A DNA stretch of 26,831 nucleotides from Nanobdellota archaeon (GTDB taxonomy: Archaea > Nanobdellota > Nanobdellia > Pacearchaeales > GW2011-AR1), in contig JBBSXO010000009.1 in NCBI GenBank assembly GCA_038045705.1, forward strand, positions 1 through 26,831, written 5' to 3'. Positions 25,294-26,831 of the stretch are shown here, in pieces (positions within the stretch are counted from its first letter, which is position 1; each line of letters begins with the position of its first letter). The notes under the pieces were generated by a model. It saw only the letters and a program-made list of their open reading frames with translations. It had not been told where the DNA came from and did not search any database. The translations under genes and the position numbers were made by a program.

Positions 25294-26100
25294 ATGACAA
25301 AGACATTAGGTTTTATTTCTCTGAAAGGCGGTGTGGGAAAGACTACGATGTCAGTTGCTGTGGCTACACATCTTGCTAATGCATATCATAAAAAAATCTT
25401 ATTAGTAGATGCTAATTTTTCAGCTCCAAATTTAGGTTTGCATATGAATATTGTTTCTCCTCAAAAGACTATTCATGATGTCTTAAATGGAGACCCTATT
25501 TCATCTGCATTACATCTGCAATATGGTGTTGATGTTATTCCTGGAAATTTCTTAAATAATAAAGAACTTAATTTAATGCTTTTGAAAGATAGAATTGGAC
25601 ATATAAAAAAAGATTATGATTTTGTTATACTTGATTCTTCTCCTTCTTTAAATGATGAGATGTTGGCAACTATTATTGCATCAGACCATATTTTTGCTGT
25701 TTCAACTCCTGATTACCCTACTTTAAGTTGCACTATCCGTGCAGCTCAACTTGCTAAACAAAGGCATAGACCAATTGCTGGAATTATTTTAAATCAATCT
25801 CATGGACATTATGATGTAAATATAGAAGAAATACAAGAATCTACTGGAATTCCTGTCGTTGCTAAAGTAAAATATGATGATATACAACATATGGCTCTTG
25901 CTGAAAGAATCCCTGCTCCTTTATTTGCTGGTAAAACTCCTTTTACTTCTGAAGTGGATAAATTTTGTCGTGCTATCTTAGGTTTGCCTGAAAAATCCTC
26001 TTGGTTTTCTTCTTTATTTTCTAAAGATGCTAAACTTGAGATAGTTAATCGTGCTGTGATGTCTAAGAGTTTCTATAAAGGTGTTTTTAAGCACGATTAA
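25294..26100 (+). CDS. minD: MinD/ParA-family ATPase
   Basis: Deviant Walker A KGGVGKTT, LLVDAN...PNLGLH and DFVILDSSP; amphipathic SSWFSSLF segment near the C-terminus. Confidence 0.8.
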   Translation: MTKTLGFISLKGGVGKTTMSVAVATHLANAYHKKILLVDANFSAPNLGLHMNIVSPQKTIHDVLNGDPISSALHLQYGVDVIPGNFLNNKELNLMLLKDRIGHIKKDYDFVILDSSPSLNDEMLATIIASDHIFAVSTPDYPTLSCTIRAAQLAKQRHRPIAGIILNQSHGHYDVNIEEIQESTGIPVVAKVKYDDIQHMALAERIPAPLFAGKTPFTSEVDKFCRAILGLPEKSSWFSSLFSKDAKLEIVNRAVMSKSFYKGVFKHD

Positions 26101-26101
26101 A

Positions 26102-26464
26102 ATGAAGCAAGATAAGAACTGTGTTTTTTGCAAAATAATTCGAGGGGAAATTTCTGTTATTAGATTTGATGAAAGCGACTCTTTTATTGCAATTTTTGAT
26201 GCTAAACCTGTTACTAAAGGACATATTCTTGTAATTCCTAAAAAACATTATACTACTATTCTTGATATACCAAATAAATTTGGAAATGAGATGCTTGAAT
26301 TTACAAAGAAAGTTGCTTCTAGTCTTCTTGACAAAAAACTAGGAGATGGATTTAATTTGGTTATGAATAATTTAGCTGTTGCCGGACAAGTTGTAATGCA
26401 TGCACATATTCATGTTATCCCTCGTAAAGAAGATGATGGGATTAGGTTTTATACTAGAGTTTAG
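26102..26464 (+). CDS. hit: HIT-family nucleotide hydrolase
   Basis: CVFCKII, GHILVIPKKH and AGQVVMHAHIHVIPR histidine triad. The ATG at 26102 follows directly on the minD stop. Confidence 0.93.
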   Translation: MKQDKNCVFCKIIRGEISVIRFDESDSFIAIFDAKPVTKGHILVIPKKHYTTILDIPNKFGNEMLEFTKKVASSLLDKKLGDGFNLVMNNLAVAGQVVMHAHIHVIPRKEDDGIRFYTRV

Positions 26465-26519
26465 ATAACTACTAAATAATTAAAACCAAAGTATTTATTT
26501 TACAAATATATATTTTGTA

Positions 26520-26786
26520 GTGGATGTAGCATTTTTAAGTTATGAACAAAGATTTGCTTTACTTTATGGAATTTTATTAGGAGATGGTTGTCTTTCTCGA
26601 TATTTTTCAAATAATAGAAAACGTTGTGTAATTGTTGTAACTGGAAGTTATTATGACGATGTAGATTTTTTTGATAAGATTGTAGCTCCTTTGTTTTGTT
26701 CTTTTACTGGTAATTTTTCTAAGGTTAAACTACGTCCAAAAAAAGGTGCACGAGATATAGTTGTTAGTAATAAAGAAGGTGATTGA
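26520..26786 (+). pseudogene. Truncated LAGLIDADG homing endonuclease-like ORF
   Basis: LLYGILLGDGCLS is a first LAGLIDADG helix followed by a typical beta-strand region. The ORF stops after 88 aa with no second motif. Confidence 0.6.
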
Positions 26787-26831
26787 GGCATTTACGGACT
26801 AAAAAAGCTTATATTTGAGCTAAACTACGAC

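Overview
An AT-rich archaeal chromosome segment, most likely DPANN (Pacearchaeota/Woesearchaeota-like). The assignment rests on archaeal-type eS1, eL42, eS8, TFB, Lsm, RNase Z and homodimeric GlyRS, TTTAAA TATA boxes about 25-30 nt upstream of mostly leaderless genes, four intronless tRNAs without encoded CCA (Thr-TGT, Val-GAC, Arg-TCT, Cys-GCA), and several very large secreted or surface proteins. The main observations beyond the ORF track are six. (1) A candidate pseudoknotted RNA leader lies directly upstream of rpl44e-rps3ae. (2) Two unannotated paralogous ribbon-helix-helix-like mini-genes are each ATGA-coupled to a surface-protein operon (class III signal peptide protein + 1843-aa Cys-rich protein; fibre-like glycoprotein + membrane anchor with a cytoplasmic PRC-barrel), and both are preceded by palindromes sharing TACT(A/T)AGTA. 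(3) A 121-bp element of tandem hairpins sits between tRNA-Arg and a 17-bp duplicate of its 3' end. (4) Two convergent genes both end in GSVIVR through an inverted repeat. (5) A PadR gene and a small Cys-rich gene are divergent around twin TATCG-N6-CGATA operators. (6) There are remnants of a UvrB-like C-terminus and of a LAGLIDADG gene. All family calls come from motif recognition by eye; no database searches were run.
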